Shown here: positions 1 through 13,357 of the stretch, in pieces
Position numbering within the stretch: the first letter of the stretch is position 1
How the letters are laid out: each line of letters starts with the position of its first letter
Assembly: GCA_963782115.1 (NCBI GenBank)
Contig: CAWAIK010000001.1
Coordinates: 480,001 to 544,000 of the forward strand
From: an uncultured Verrucomicrobiae bacterium
GTDB lineage: Bacteria > Verrucomicrobiota > Verrucomicrobiia > Chthoniobacterales > JAFAMB01
Direction of reading: 5' to 3'
Length of the DNA: 64,000 nucleotides
The notes under the pieces: generated by a model
Database searches by the model: none
What the model saw: the letters and a program-made list of their open reading frames with translations, nothing else
Told to the model about the DNA's origin: nothing
Program-made: the position numbers and the translations under genes

Positions 1-518
1 GCCGTTCATATTCGTCATCACTCATCCCGGCCGGTCGGCCGATCAGCACCTGCTCGATTCGGGGCATGGTGAGTTGCGCTTTTTCACCTAGCACAAGGAC
101 ATTGAGCGGGACCTCGCGCCAGCCGAACTGGAACAGTTCGCGATGCTCTAAAACCTCCTCAATGATCGCTTTGGCTCGCGCCTGCGCATAGGCGTTGTCG
201 TGGGGCAAGAAAACAAACCCAACCCCCAAGATCCGTATCATTGTAGAGCGTGTGCCCGAGTTTGGTCACCTCTTTGCGAAAGAGTTTGTACGGAATCTGC
301 GTCATCACGCCCGAGCCATCTCCGGTTTTCGCGTCCGCGTCCATCGCTCCGCGGTGTGCCATGTTGCACTTCGAAGTGAGCCCGTGCCGCAGCACGCGAT
401 TGGATCGTTCGCCGTTGATCGCGGCGACAAAACCTACTCCACACGAATCGTGTTCCTCTTCCGGCCGATAGAGCGAGTCCGGAAGCCCATTGAGCGCTAG
501 CGTGATTGCGTCATTCAT
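1..518 (-). CDS. gltB: Glutamate synthase large subunit, 5' part (runs off window; frameshift near 220)
   Basis: N-terminus LYRPEEEHDSCGVGFVA...HRGA.DADAKTGDGSG is the glutamine amidotransferase start of GltB. Confidence 0.93.
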
Positions 519-713
519 GACGGAAAGCTTGCTGACATTAAGACTTCAGATGAGTGATTCAAGACGAAATTCCATAGAGTACTGACGAATTTTTGTCGCC
601 AAAACAAGTTTTCTCGAATAATTTATGCCCTCTGTAATGCGGAACAATTGCAAAGAGCCGGTTCGCGAGGATTGCCCATGCTTCCCTTTCGAGCCTGGTA
701 GGGGGATACTGCC

Positions 714-1288
714 ATGAGAATTCTAGATGAGCAAGAAAAGGCGATCATCCGTCACCTGATTCGCGATCCGCGCGAATCGGACAACGGAGTCGGAGAATTA
801 ACTGGGGTCAATGTGCGCACCGTCAGCCGGAAACGGCAGCGTCTGGAGCAGGAGGGGATTTTTCGTACTATGCGAACGTCGACCTCTCCGCCAACGGCGC
901 TCAACAATTTACTGCGCGCCATCTTTACATCATCAAGTTCGGCGTCGGTATCACGTACAAGCAACTCGTGGACGATATCAAAATGGAGCCGAGCAACACT
1001 GTGTTCACCGAAAGAGTTTTTGAAAGTCATATCGCAGAGATCGATGGTAAAGTCGCGCTCTTACTCTATATCGACGGCGATAGCGATGTCGATATCGTGC
1101 AGCGAATGCACGAAGAATTGATCCCAACACTTCTGAAAAATCACGGCAAGGATTTGATCGAAGAAATCTCGACCGTGCGAATTCTTTCGCCTGTCCGCGT
1201 GATGCGCAACTATTTGCCGCTGGTGAACATGAAGAACGGTCTGATGAAGCCCGACTGGCCGGATGAAGCAATTTATGTCGGTCGCTGA
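714..1288 (+). CDS. Lrp/AsnC-like transcriptional regulator (two frames joined by an indel)
   Basis: LDEQEKAIIRHLIRDPRESDNGVGELTGVNVRTVSRKRQRLEQEG HTH in 714..1121; continuation in 968..1288; divergent from gltB. Confidence 0.7.
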
Positions 1289-1506
1289 AAGCAGTTGTCA
1301 GTGTCAGTGGGAGAAGGGAACAGCCCTGAAAGTGATGCCGGAATGAAGAGACTGATTCTCGGCCGCCAGGCATGTTAGCTGCAAGAACGGCCTTCTGCGC
1401 CTGATCGAATCTCAAACGCAAGCGGAATTGCTGTGTCAAAAAAAAGCTCTCCTGACCCTCTTCCGACTCCTGGCTCCTTCTTGATTTTTGTCTTCTGTCT
1501 CCTGGC

Positions 1507-2595
1507 TCAGGCTCCCACCGTTTCAGTCCGTGGATAGCTTCCAAGCACCTTGACGAAAGTGCAGTGTTTTTCTAACTCACTGATGGCGCTTTTGACCTGT
1601 TCGTCATCACAGTGGCCTTCGATATCGACAAAGAAAAAGTATTCCCAGTTCTTACGCTTGGAGGGCCGGCTCTCGATCTTGCTCATGCTGAGCTTAAGCC
1701 GATTGAATGGCTCGATTGCCGAATAGAGAGCACCAACCCGGTCCTGAACGCAGAACATCAGGGATGTTTTATCTGTGCCGGTTGGAGGGCAGGTGGCGTG
1801 CGAGATCACCAGAAACCGCGTGGTATTATTCGGACTGTCCTGGATCGATCGTTCCAGGATCTCCAATCCGTACACCTCTGCGGCCATCGCGCCGGCTAGC
1901 GCCGCAGCGCCCGGTTCTCGGGAAGCTTGTTCTGCTGCTTTTGTTGTACTCGAGACTTCGATCCATTCCAGTTCGTTCGCATTTGCTTTGAGCCATTTCC
2001 GGCATTGGCCGAACACCTGGGGATGAGAATAGATCTTTGTGATTTTTTCTTTCGGTTCATTCGATAGAAGATTGTTTTCGATCCGAAGCAGAGTCTGCGC
2101 ACAGATCTTCAGCTCGGAATCCATGAAGAGGTCGAGGGTATGGTTTACCGCCCCTTCTACCGAATTCTCGATCGGCACGACACCATAATCGGCTCGCCGT
2201 CGCGTAACCTGATCGAAGACGTCACCGATGTTGGCCTGCGCGGAATAATCGACTGATGCTCCGAATTTGGCGCGCGCGGCCTGATGTGACCACGTTGCTT
2301 GCGGACCCAGATAGGCTATGGTTAATCCTTTCTCCAACGCCAATGCCGCCGACATGATCTCTCGATAAATGGCACGAACCGCTGTTGCCGGAAGCCGCCC
2401 TTTGTTCTTTCTCTCGAGCCCTTGAAGCAGAGCCTCTTCGCGTTCAGGAGCGTAGATGGTAAGGCCGGCCTGTTTCTTAACGACACCCACTTCATGGACG
2501 AGATCCGCGCGCTGGTTCAATAGTTCCAGCAGTTTGGTGTCAACCTCGTCAATTCGCTTTCGAATCAGTTCCAGTGACAATTTCGACTTCTCCAT
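1507..2595 (-). CDS. pheA: Chorismate mutase/prephenate dehydratase
   Basis: CM domain ([12 protein letters not shown]...PERE), PDT motifs [31 protein letters not shown]; start taken at MEKSK. Confidence 0.95.
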   Translation of the reverse strand: MEKSKLSLELIRKRIDEVDTKLLELLNQRADLVHEVGVVKKQAGLTIYAPEREEALLQGLERKNKGRLPATAVRAIYREIMSAALALEKGLTIAYLGPQATWSHQAARAKFGASVDYSAQANIGDVFDQVTRRRADYGVVPIENSVEGAVNHTLDLFMDSELKICAQTLLRIENNLLSNEPKEKITKIYSHPQVFGQCRKWLKANANELEWIEVSSTTKAAEQASREPGAAALAGAMAAEVYGLEILERSIQDSPNNTTRFLVISHATCPPTGTDKTSLMFCVQDRVGALYSAIEPFNRLKLSMSKIESRPSKRKNWEYFFFVDIEGHCDDEQVKSAISELEKHCTFVKVLGSYPRTETVGA

Positions 2596-3251
2596 TCTCA
2601 ATGTTCTCCGGTTTGGAGTCCGACGGCTTGCTCGTTTCGATGCTGATTGCGGGGTTGCGTTCCGCCGGCGCCACGGCTTTCGGCAACGAGACCTCTCTGA
2701 GTTCGGATGCGTTGGGTAGTTCATCCAAATTCTTGAGCCCGAAATGCTCCATAAAATGCTGGGTTGTGACGTACAATAACGGGCGGCCAGGAATTTCCGC
2801 ACGTCCGGTGATTTTCACTAAACCGGCATCGAGCAACTTCTGCATCACGCCGTCCACCGTTACTCCGCGAATTGCCTCGACATCGGCTTTGGTGATCGGT
2901 TGGCGGTAAGCGATAATTGCCAATGTTTCGAGCGCCGGTGCGCTCAGCCGGGTGGGTCGCATCTCCGGAAAAAGCTGTCGAACCCAGATCTGGTATTCGA
3001 TTCGGCTGACCATGACCCAGCCGGAGACCTGTTCAGCTAAGTGGAACGCACGGCCCAGTTCCAAATATTCGTTCTGCAAAGCGTGTAAGGATTCGATGAT
3101 CTCCGCTTCGTTGACTTTAGCCAGCACCGCTTCCGGTCCTTCTTCGAAGTATTCCGCAGCTGACTGCCAGGGCCGCCGCGATTTCCTTCAGCGAAAGCGG
3201 CTTTTGCGATGCGAAAAGCAGGGCTTCAACGACTGCTTTTAGGGTAACCAT
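2549..3251 (-). CDS. scpB: SMC-Scp complex subunit ScpB (frameshifted near 3150)
   Basis: [57 protein letters not shown]. Confidence 0.92.
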
Positions 3252-3352
3252 GGTTCGAATCCCGACATTAGTGCAGTTTTGAAATCTGTGCGATTTGCGG
3301 TCTCCATTCTCATTCCCGGTCTTTAGGCTAAGCTGGCGAAGTGGGCTTTTTC

Positions 3353-4086
3353 TCAATCCAACACGCCGCTGATTTCGATTTCCGCGAATAGGCCCGTCCT
3401 GAAAGACTCGGATCTGCCTCATACGGATGAGTTCCAGTAATGCCAGAAATGTCACCGCAATCTCGGTCCGACTCGCAGCCGTCGCGAAAAGATCGAAAAA
3501 AGCGACCGATTTTTTGCCCGGAACAGTGCGCATGATAAAGTCAATTTTGTCCGAGACCGTGAAGCTTTCCTCAAAAATCTCACGAAGATCTTCGCGCTTC
3601 AGCTCGATTTTCTTAAGCACCTTCTGGAATGCGTTGATCAAATCGAAGATGCCGACTTCGGATTTGAGCAAGCGTGCCGGAATCCTCGAATTCAGGTTTC
3701 TCCGGCATCCGAACGATTAACCCTTCCTGCAGCAATTCCCTGTGGTGAAGCTGAAATGCGGCGTCCTTGAACTTCTTATACTCGATCAGCTGCCGGATCA
3801 GATCCCAGCGCGGATCCTCTTCCTCGGCCTCTTCATCCGGAGGCTGTTGATGGACAGGCAGGAGATTGCGGCTCTTGATGTAGATCAGGTTCGCAGCCAT
3901 CACGACAAACTCTCCGGCGATCTCAAGGTCCAGCATCCGAAATGTTTCCAGATACTCGAGGTATTGGCCGGTGATTCGTTCGATCGAAACATCGTAGATA
4001 TCGACCTCATCCTTCCTGATCAGATAGAGCAGCAGGTCGAGTGGACCCTCGAAAACTTCCAGCTTCACTTTGTAATCGGTGTCCAT
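3353..4086 (-). CDS. scpA: Segregation and condensation protein ScpA (frameshifted)
   Basis: FEGPLDLLLYLIRK.EVDIYD, GEFVVMAA.L..IKS, C-terminal VTFLALLEL. Confidence 0.92.
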
Positions 4087-4163
4087 CAATCGGAAAATCG
4101 CAACGTAAGCCAATCCTCCTTGATCTAGGCTGATGTTCGCGACGTGTAATCCTGGGAATATGC

Positions 4164-4898
4164 TCAGCTCTTTAAGCGTTCCAACATCAGACGAACAGCA
4201 TTTTCAAGACCAATTGAAATTGCGCGTGAGACAATCGAATGACCAATATTGAATTCGTTCCAGTGCGGGTTTGATATTAACAAGCGAACGTTCGAATAGT
4301 TTATCCCGTGTCCGGCGTTCACCAGAAGCCCTTTTTCCTTGGCCAATCGAGCCGCCGCGTCGAGTCGATCCACTTCATCCTGCTGTAATGCAGCCGGCAG
4401 GTTGGCGAATACGCCCGTATGCAATTCCACCGCGTCCGCTCCCAGTTCGCTCGACGCTTGAATCTGAGCAGCATCCGGTTCGATAAACATGCTGACGCGG
4501 ATTCCGGCGGTGTGAAGACGTTGAATCGTCTGTTTGAGCGCTTTGAAATGTCTGGTCACATTCAGCCCTCCTTCGGTCGTTATTTCCTGGCGATTCTCCG
4601 GAACCAAACAGACCTCGTCGGGCAGGACCCTAAGAGCAGTCTCCACAATCTCCGGCGTATTTCCCATCTCGAGGTTCAGCTTTGTCATGATGCTGTCTCT
4701 TAAACGAAACACATCTCGATCTTGGATATGCCTCCGGTCGGCTCGCAAGTGCACGGTGATGCCGCTGGCCCCCGCTCGTTCACAGGCAGATGCGGCCGCG
4801 AGTATATCCGGCTCGCAGTTGGGAGAATCTATCATGTCGGCGTAGCGAGCCTGCCGAAGCGTCGCGATATGATCGATGTTTACTCCTAATTTGATCAT
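4164..4898 (-). CDS. pdxJ: Pyridoxine 5'-phosphate synthase
   Basis: LGVNIDHIATLRQAR, ITVHLR.DRRHIQDRD, TTEGGL, ELHTG, NAGHG, NIGHSI. Confidence 0.96.
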   Translation of the reverse strand: MIKLGVNIDHIATLRQARYADMIDSPNCEPDILAAASACERAGASGITVHLRADRRHIQDRDVFRLRDSIMTKLNLEMGNTPEIVETALRVLPDEVCLVPENRQEITTEGGLNVTRHFKALKQTIQRLHTAGIRVSMFIEPDAAQIQASSELGADAVELHTGVFANLPAALQQDEVDRLDAAARLAKEKGLLVNAGHGINYSNVRLLISNPHWNEFNIGHSIVSRAISIGLENAVRLMLERLKS

Positions 4899-4991
4899 GG
4901 ATTGTTAGACTCCGGAACACGCGTCGAACGCGCAAAAAAAAGTCGGTTGAAAGAACCAGCTGAGGGCGCCCAGACTTCTCACCCCTTTTCC

Positions 4992-6525
4992 TCAATGCCT
5001 GAAATGGCGCACTCCCGTGAAAACCATCGCCATCTGGCGTTCATTTGCTGCGGCAATAACCTCCTGGTCGCGGATGGAGCCGCCTGGCTGGATGGCGGCC
5101 GTCGCGCCGGCTTCCGATGCCGCAATTAAACCATCAGCGAAAGGGAAAAATGCGTCGCTGCAAACGGCGCTTCCTTTCAGCGAGAGCCCCGCCTCGTTGC
5201 GCCTTCCAGATCGCGATTCGTGAAGAATCAACTCGCGCCATCTGACCCGCCCCAATCCCGAGTGTTCGATCCCGGGACGCGTAAACGATGGCGTTCGATT
5301 TAACATGCTTTACAACGCGCCAGCCAAAGAGCATCGCCTTCATCTCTTCCGCAGTTGGTGGTCTGGCCGAGACAACATGTCGTTCAGGCTCTTTCAACTC
5401 GCTATCGTCCCTTTCCTGCACGAGCAGCCCGCCGATTACCGATCGCACGTCCGGCTCCTCCATTTTGTTCGTCCGGCCCGGCAAGCATCTTCATCAGCCG
5501 AAGATTTTTCTTCTTTTGCAGCAAGGCCCTGGCGTCCGGCTCGAATTCCGGTGCAATGATGACTTCACTGAAAATCTCTGAAATCGCGCGAGCCAGCGAT
5601 TCCGTGAGAGGACGATTGCAAACGATGATGCCGCCAAAGGGTGCCTGCTTATCCGTGGCGAATGCCTTGATCCAGGCTTCGCGAAGATCTGGGTCCGAAC
5701 CGACTCCACAAGGGTTTGTGTGCTTCAGAATCGCTACGGTCGGTTCGGAGAATTCCCGGATAAGCCGCTGCCGCGGCGTCGATGTCGAGGATGTTGTTAT
5801 AAGAAAGCTCCTTGCCATGCAGCTTCTGAAAATAATCTTGAAAATGGCCGTACAAGCTTGCCGACTGGTGCGGGTTCTCTCCGTAACGGAGGCGCATTTC
5901 CAGAGGTAGAGAGAGAGTAAAAGGTCCGCTACTGCTTTGTTCGCGACGCAGAAAATCGGCAATCGCCTGATCGTATCTGGCAGTCGTAAGAAAAGCTTTG
6001 ATCGCCAGTTGTTCCCGGACCGCCAGTGTCGTCTCGCCTCGATGCTGTTCGATTTCCTCCAATACCGCTTGCGTAGTCGGACGGGTCGGTAACGACCGTG
6101 ACAGATCGATAATTTTTGGCTGCGCTCCGCAGCATGGAAGGCCCTCCGATATCGATCTGTTCGATCGCCTCTTCGATGGTCACGTCCGGCCGAGCGATCG
6201 TGCTTTCAAACGGGTAAAGATTAACCACGACAAGATCGATCGGCTCAATCTGATTTTCTGCCGCCTGTCGCTGGTGATCCGGATTGTCTCGCAGGTAGAG
6301 CAAGCCGCCGTGCACTTTCGGGTGAAGGGTTTTCACTCGTCCGTTCAGGATCTCAGGGAACCCCGTGAATTTTTCGATTTCGAGATGCGGGATCGACTCC
6401 TTCCTGAGGAGCGTTGCGGTGCCGCCGGTCGAAACGATCTCAATACCCATCTCGCTGAGCCGACGAGCGAACGGTACAATGCCCGTCTTATCCGAAACAG
6501 AAATGAGAGCGCGGTTGATCTTCAT
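4992..6525 (-). CDS. purH: Bifunctional AICAR transformylase/IMP cyclohydrolase (several frameshifts)
   Basis: [57 protein letters not shown] across successive frames. Confidence 0.95.
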
Positions 6526-6659
6526 GAAAGCCAAAAGAATAACAGGTTCTCATTGCTCGTCTATCGTTTGGCGTTGCTCACCCCTTGTTTCCGGACGCAA
6601 GTGCCAATTTTTTTGAAAATTCTCTTGCACTATACTAACCAGTCAACTAAGCTGCCCAC

Positions 6660-7271
6660 GTGAAGCGCGAGAGTGATACCAAACAAAAACTCCTCAATAC
6701 CGCTGTCACTCTCATCTGGGAGAGTAGTTACGGTTCAATCAGCGTCGATGACATCTGCAACCGTGCCGGCGTCAACAAAGGAAGTTTCTATTACGCCTTC
6801 AAGTCGAAGTCCGATCTCGCCGCCGCCGCCTTTGAAGATCATTGGAATAAAAAGCGCGGCCTGATGGACGAGATTTTTTCTTCGCAGGTGCCTCCGCTCG
6901 AGCGTCTCGAAAAGTACTGTGATCGATCGTTCAGGACCAATTGGAAAAGTACGAGAAGGTAGGTAAGGTCTGCGGTTGCCCGTTCGCTTCCATTGGCTCC
7001 GAGTTGAGCACCCAGGACGAACAAATCCGAAAAAAGGCTCACGAACTTTCCGAACGGACCATGAAGTATTTGGCCTGCACGCTGCGTGACGCTGCTGCCG
7101 AAGGCATTTTGGAGACCAAGGATCCCGTTGAACTTGCGCGCCAGATTTTCTGTTACGCGGGCGGGTTGATCATGCAGGCCAAAATCGAGAACAATCCGGA
7201 CGTCTTGAAATGCCTTGAAGAAAGGCGTTTTCCGGCTTGTGGGCGCGAGCCGGCTCGGGTCGGTCGTCTGA
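6660..7271 (+). CDS. TetR/AcrR family regulator (frameshifted; end approximate)
   Basis: YGSISVDDICNRAGVNKGSFYYAFKSKSDL HTH; C-terminal GCPF..IGSELS in next frame. Confidence 0.88.
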
Positions 7272-7677
7272 GACGAATCCGGAAAATTTTTTTGCACCAG
7301 AACTTAACTAACCGGTCAGATAAATTAATACCTATCTATGAATACCAAGAGGGTTTCTCTAAATAGTGAGTTCGAATTCGGTTCGGTACGAATGTTCCGT
7401 TGCAGCTCTCTCTGAACGACTGCTCGAACGTACATTGACGTTTGAGGAAATCGCCGAACTATCCGAAAAGTGCGGCCTCTGGGAGATCGAAAGAGGCACG
7501 AAAAAAACTGTCAATCGTCCCCTTACTTTCCTGGTCCCGGCTGTCCAGCTTGTGGCTTCAGTTTCGCGAATTGTGGAGTAGTCGTCGCGCGGGAGGCTCC
7601 GCATGCAGGTCCAAAGAAAACTCGAATCGACGACGCGTCCGAGACAATCTGGAAGGCGGTACAGGTGTGGGGCTCTG

Positions 7678-8396
7678 CTACTTTCGGAAAGTGAGTACTT
7701 CAGCCTCGCCGCTAGCGTGCCCGACGACGGCCTCGGTCGCTATCCCGATAAAAAGCCCATGTTCGACGACCCCGGGGATTTGGTTCAATTTTTCCCCAAG
7801 ACTTTCGGGGTCCGGGATATTCTCCAGATGACAATCCAGAAGGTAGTGGCCGCTGTCTGTCATGAGCGGCTTTTCCAAGCCGCCGCGAATATCGATCTTG
7901 GCGTCTCCTAGGCCGCATCCTCGAACAGTTTTCGCAGATGCCGCTCGGTGCTTCGCCAGGCAAATGGGATCACTTCGACAGGAAGCGGGAATCGGCCAAG
8001 GCGCTCGACCAATTTCGACTCGTCCACGATGCAAACCATCTTGTTTGAAGCGCAGGCAACAATTTTTTCCCAGAGCAGGTTTGCGCCGCCTCCTTTAATC
8101 ATTCGACCTTTGCCGTCGATCTCATCAGCGCCGTCGATCGTCAGGTCCAGTTGACTAACATCATTCAAATCTGCCAGCGACACGCCAACCTCCTTAGCAA
8201 GCTGCCCGGTCGATTTTGAGCTCGGCACTCCAGTGACACGGAGGCCCTTCGCTACGCGTTCGCCAAGGATGCGAACAAACCATCGAGACGTCGTTCCTGA
8301 TCCAAGCCCGATCGTCATTCCATCTTTGAGGAATGTCTCGATCGCTTGGGCGGCTGCGGCCCTTTTTGCCTCGTCCTGTGCGGAGGTCGGTTGCAT
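7678..8396 (-). CDS. rpiA: Ribose-5-phosphate isomerase A (frameshifted)
   Basis: GLGSGTT, DLTIDGADE, IKGGG..LL.EKIVA, PLPVEV, IPGVVEHGLF. Confidence 0.95.
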
Positions 8397-8497
8397 ATGA
8401 TGTTCTAGAGGTGTTCTTTTTGAGCGGATTTTTGCCGCGCAGTATACTACGACGTTCGATTCAAAGCGAATCGCGACTACTGTGCGCAACCGAGGAA

Positions 8498-10400
8498 ATG
8501 AGAAGTTGAACAGGTTCGTCGCCCGAACCGCCTGAGCCACAGCGCTGCGCCGTCTGAGAAGCCGCTTTTCGTTTATGATGCGGACTGTGACTTTTGCATC
8601 CGCTGGGTCCGGCGATGGCAGGAGACCACGCGCGAAAAGGTTGATTTCGCCTCCTTCCAATCTGTCGGAGAGCGTTTTGCTCAAGACATACCGATCGAAA
8701 GTTTTAGCTCGGCCGTCCACCTCATCGAGACCGATGGAGCCGTCTATGGCGGCGCGGAAGCGGTGTTTCGGATGCTCAGCTACGGATCCCGGTATCGGGA
8801 GCGGGTTCGGTCTCTGGTGTTACCGCCAGGTTCCCGGCTTTGCAGCTGCGACTCGGTATGGGTATCGGTTTGTTGCCGGTCACCGCTCGCTCGCTTCTGC
8901 TCTCACCAAGGCGCTCTGGGGAAAGAGGCGAGGATGCTGTTTGCCGCCCTACCTACTACAATGCGCGTACCTGGTTTCTTCGGCTGCTCGGATTGGTTTA
9001 CTTAATCGCATTTTGGTCCTTCTGGAGCCAGGTCGACGGATTGATCGGTCACGACGGAATTCTGCCGGTGGCGCCTTGGCTGGACGAACTGCGGAATCGG
9101 TTCGGGACGGAAGCGTACCGATTATTCCCGACGCTCTGTTGGTTCAATCCCGGCGATTCGTTCCTGCATTTAGTGTGTGCAGCCGGAGTCGTACTGAGTC
9201 TTCTGCTTATTCTGCAGATCGCGCCACTTTTCTGTCTGATTCTGTTGTGGGGCCTTTATCTTTCGCTCAGCGTGGCGGGGCAGGTCTTTATGAACTTTCA
9301 ATGGGACTACCTGCTTCTGGAAGTCGGTTTTCTCAGCATCTTCCTGGCGCCATTCCGACTCTTTCCATCGCGACGCTATCAAAGTCCCATCTCCCCCTGG
9401 GCGCATTTTCTCCTCCGCTGGCTCCTGTTCCGACTCATGTTCATGTCGGGGGTGGTGAAGCTGACCAGTGGAGACGATTCCTGGTGGAACCTAACCGCGC
9501 TCCAGTTATCATTACGAGACTCAACCACTGCCAACGCCGCTCTCTTGGTGGGCAAATCAATTTCCTCCCTGGTTTCAGGCGTTCTCAACGATCGTGATGT
9601 TCGGCATCGAGTTAGGAGCGCCATTCCTGCTGTTTGCCCCGCGACGAGTGCGGTTGATCGGAGTTCTCGGTCTATTGACGCTGCAGACTTTGATTGCGCT
9701 GACGGGCAACTATTGCTTTTTCAATCTTTTGACAGTGGCGCTCTGTCTGCTGGCGGTGGACGATGCGGTCTGGCCGCGCATCGGCCGGAAAGCGCAGCAG
9801 AGTCCGGAAGTGCGCGGCGTCGCCTGGCCTTCCTGGATCCTGGTCCCGGTGGTTGATTATTGTCTTGGCTTTGAGCGGGCCCTTGCTCTGGAACGCCATA
9901 TTTCCCGAGGCTGAATGGTCGCCAGTTCTTCAGCGTTCCGTACGCCTTTCTCGAGCCGTTCCGTTCGCTCAACGGCTACGGTTTATTTAGAGTCATGACC
10001 AAAGACTCGTCCCGAAATCATCGTCGAGGGAAGCCGGGATGGCGTAACTTGGCAAGCGTACGAATTCAAATACAAAGTGGGCGACCTGCAGCGTGCGCCG
10101 CCCATCGTCGCCCCTCATCAACCGAGGCTGGACTGGCAAATGTGGTTTGCCGCCTTGGATGACATCCAGGGAGAGCCATGGTTCATGAATTTTCTGGCCC
10201 GGTTGCTCCAGGGTTCTCCGTCCGTTTTACGGTTGATGGAAACAAATCCATTTCCAGACTCCCCGCCGCGTTACATTCGGGCACGACTTTTTGAATACCA
10301 TTTCACGAATGCCCTGGAGAAAAGGCAGACAGGAGCTTGGTGGAAGCGAGAAGAGGAAGGGATCTATTGTCCCCCCGTCAGCCTTCGCGGCGAGGATTGA
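8498..10400 (+). CDS. DCC1-like thiol-disulfide domain fused to lipase maturation factor family protein (frameshifted; start approximate)
   Basis: YDADCDFC motif near 8575; LMF motifs FQWDYLLLEVGF, RLMFMSGVVKL, GNYCFFN, PHQPRLDWQMWFAAL. Confidence 0.82.
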
Positions 10401-11167
10401 ATGCACCGGTAAATACGGGTGCACAGCTCCCGATCTCTTCAATCCACCTCTGCCTCTGAGATCTTCTTCCGATTTAACCCCAGGATGATTGCGGGAGCCA
10501 CTAAGACTACGAAAGCCATGAACCATGAGTCCGCTCGCGGGATTGCCGGTTCTTTGCGCTATTTGAACTAGTAAACTAGTGGCGGGATCGTCGCTGCAAT
10601 CGCCCAGCGCACGCCACAGGAGCGAACATCTGTTCCGTCGTGACTATGCCTTGACCTGGGAGAGTCCATAGCGTTTTAGTGCTTCCGCCTACCAGGCTCA
10701 TTCAAATAATATCAATATCTACAATTATTTTAGTATATTGAATATTACAAAGGTAAACAATATTTACTATAAAGAATGGTTGTATCCTATATTCCATGGT
10801 GCGAAAAGTCTTGTCCTATGTCCTACAACAGACCAAAAGCAGTCTTTATCTGCAAAGAAATGGATGTATTGCGATGCAAGCAGACGCTGGGAATCTGGCG
10901 CCCAGCTTTCCCTGCAAAACGCAGAAGCCTTCAGATACCTTGCGACAAAATGAATCCCGGAGTCATTGCACAGGTATCAGGTTTTGCGACGAGATTGGTA
11001 ACAGCCGCCGGTCTTCCGGATACGGGGAACTTTCAAACAAGCTTATTGACCGAGTCGCGCCCGATCGGCTGTTCCGGCAGCAACCGGAAAAATCCTGATT
11101 TTAATGCCGTCCCTGATAGCTCCGAGTTGCATGTCATGGCGCACCGGCTCCAGGCGGCTCATCCGCA

Positions 11168-12107
11168 GTGACCGAGACACGATTTGGTAAGTTAACGGGC
11201 GGCGTTTTTGACTCTCTAACAGACGAATCAGGAAGCCTGCTTCACCAAGCCTGCATCGTTCCCAGTGTCCAGATGATTGTGCCGTTAGACGCCACAGTAG
11301 TTGCGCACCGCAAATCCAATCCATTGTTCGGCCTTGGCCTGATTGAAGCGATTCCCGATAACGAAATTATTGCGAACGTCCATAACCCGTCAGTCGATGG
11401 AATTACCGGTGTTCCGTCTATGGTTGTCGATGCCGCCAGTGGCGTTACCAGAGTAGGACGCTTTGGATGGAAAGCACAAGATGCTACGCTTCTGACCTTT
11501 TCGGCTGATGCTTATCTCAACGAGATGGGTGTCACCACACGAATTCCGGGGTTCACTGAGGACATTTCCCCGGATGGCAATCAAGCGGCGTTGCTCGCGG
11601 TCGAGCCGTCGCTCACCGGCTATGCCTTCAATCAGCTCCAGGACTTACCAAATGGCGGTCCTCCTCAGACCGATGGCTTCACCTCTGATATCGACGAGTT
11701 CGCTGATTTTATGCGGATGCGCCCTGACCCAAAGTGCTCAGCGAGGGCGGCAGATCTTTACGCAGATTAATTGTGTGGCCTGTCACAAGGCGCTAATGAC
11801 CACCGGTCCCAGCTCTATTCCGGCGCTGAATTTCAAACCAGTACCGCTCTACTCCGATCTCCTGCTTCATGATATGGGCAGTCTTGGGGATGGAATTGCG
11901 CAGGCAGCAGCAACTCTTACCCAGATGCGGACTCAGCCTCTCTGGGGCTTGAGAGCCAGAGCGCCCTACCTTCATGATGGCCGCGCCAGCACGATTTTTG
12001 AGGCTATTCAATTGCATGACGGTGAAGCGGCTACTGTCCGGGATCGTTTCCTCGCGCTTTCGCCACAGGAGCAACAAGAGTTGATTGATTTCCTTAAGTC
12101 GATCTGA
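11168..12107 (+). pseudogene. Di-heme oxidoreductase (DHOR)-like protein, apparently 5'-truncated and frameshifted
   Basis: LFGLGLIEAIPD, GRFGWKA, AYLNEMG, CxxCH (CVACH), YSDLLLHDMG, RT.PLWG, YLHDGRA. Confidence 0.8.
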
Positions 12108-12180
12108 AGACTTGCGTGCATGTGTTTCTAAGACGCACACGATCGGGTTGAAGGGTTACCCGCCTCCGAAAAATTGACAG

Positions 12181-12602
12181 CTACCAAACGAACGGCAGCA
12201 AGCGATGCTTCACCTTATTTTGGTACTCGGAATATCCCGGCAGATTTTTCACCAAGAGGCTTTCCTCTTCGATAATTCTCCATATTCCCGCAGGCATGAA
12301 AAGAAGGACCCCGAACAATCCCCATAAGGAGCCGAGCGACAGAGGCGTTCCTAGAAACATGATAAGACCTCCCATATACATCGGGTGGCGCACGAGTGCG
12401 TACAGTCCTGTCGATATGACTTTCTGTTCGGGATAAACTTCGATCGTTGCCGAGGCAAAGGTGTTTTCTTTGCACACAAAAATATGATGAGGAACCCGGT
12501 CGCGATAAGGACATCTCCCGCCACCGCTACTGGGAGAGGCACTGTAGAGCATGCGAATCGATGATCAAGTGCGGGGGTAAGCCGCTGGCACCAATCTCGC
12601 AA
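12181..12602 (-). pseudogene. Isoprenylcysteine carboxyl methyltransferase-like membrane protein, C-terminal fragment
   Basis: ENTFASATIEV...QKVISTGLYALVRHPMY...EEE..L...LPGY.EY. Confidence 0.75.
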
Positions 12603-13066
12603 AGTTGCCCCAAGCGGTGGAGGAGTTGCTCAAAATAAAGAACTCTCTGCAATGGAGGCACTTGCAAGAAGAAGGCGAGTTCATGGCGGGAACCACCACA
12701 CAGCCTCATCGCCACACCACACTCAAGCTCGCGCTAGCTCGCCATCCAGAACAAAAACCGCGGCCGAAGAAGAACTTTTTGTGTTGAAGATGGAGGAATA
12801 AAAAGCCGGATCCGGAAGAAGACCAGGTCGGTCTACCGATCCCAAAAGTCCTCGTTCAAACCTGTAGAATCAGACCAATTTCAGATCGGTCCCCGCATGA
12901 AGTGCTTAACTTTACCCTGCTCGCGATAGGAGGAGCGGAGGAGGCCGACCGGATTACCCCGGTGGCGCTGAATTTCGAGATGGAGGGGGAGAGGTTTGCG
13001 TTTAATGGCTACTAAATAAGCATAGACTCCAATATATATACCAAGTAATATCGATATAATGTATGG

Positions 13067-13357
13067 CTACAAATGAAAAATGAAATGACTGTGGATCGAG
13101 TGCTGAAGCGGTTCTCGCGTTAAATTCAAAAAGAAGACGCGTCTAAGGCGCTCACGTTTAACGCGGTATTGCTCTTCGACGATGTGGGTGAGCAAGCGTC
13201 CGTGAGAAAAGCGCTCTTGGCCAGCCAGCTTGAGATAATCGTCCCAATGAGTGAGCAGTTCCCCCAGGTGCAAGTACTTGAGCTTTGCAGCCAAGGCGGC
13301 TCTCGAGAGGCAGTGGTAAAAACTCTGACCCTCGGCTTTGGCTCGTGGGAAACGCAT
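13067..13357 (-). pseudogene. Fused transposase remnants (RAYT/IS200-like N-terminus plus IstB-like N-terminus)
   Basis: MRFPRAK.EG.SFYHCLSR resembles Y1/RAYT transposase start; LAAKLKYLHL...FSH..LLTHIVEEQY resembles IS21 IstB N-terminus; both truncated. Confidence 0.45.
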
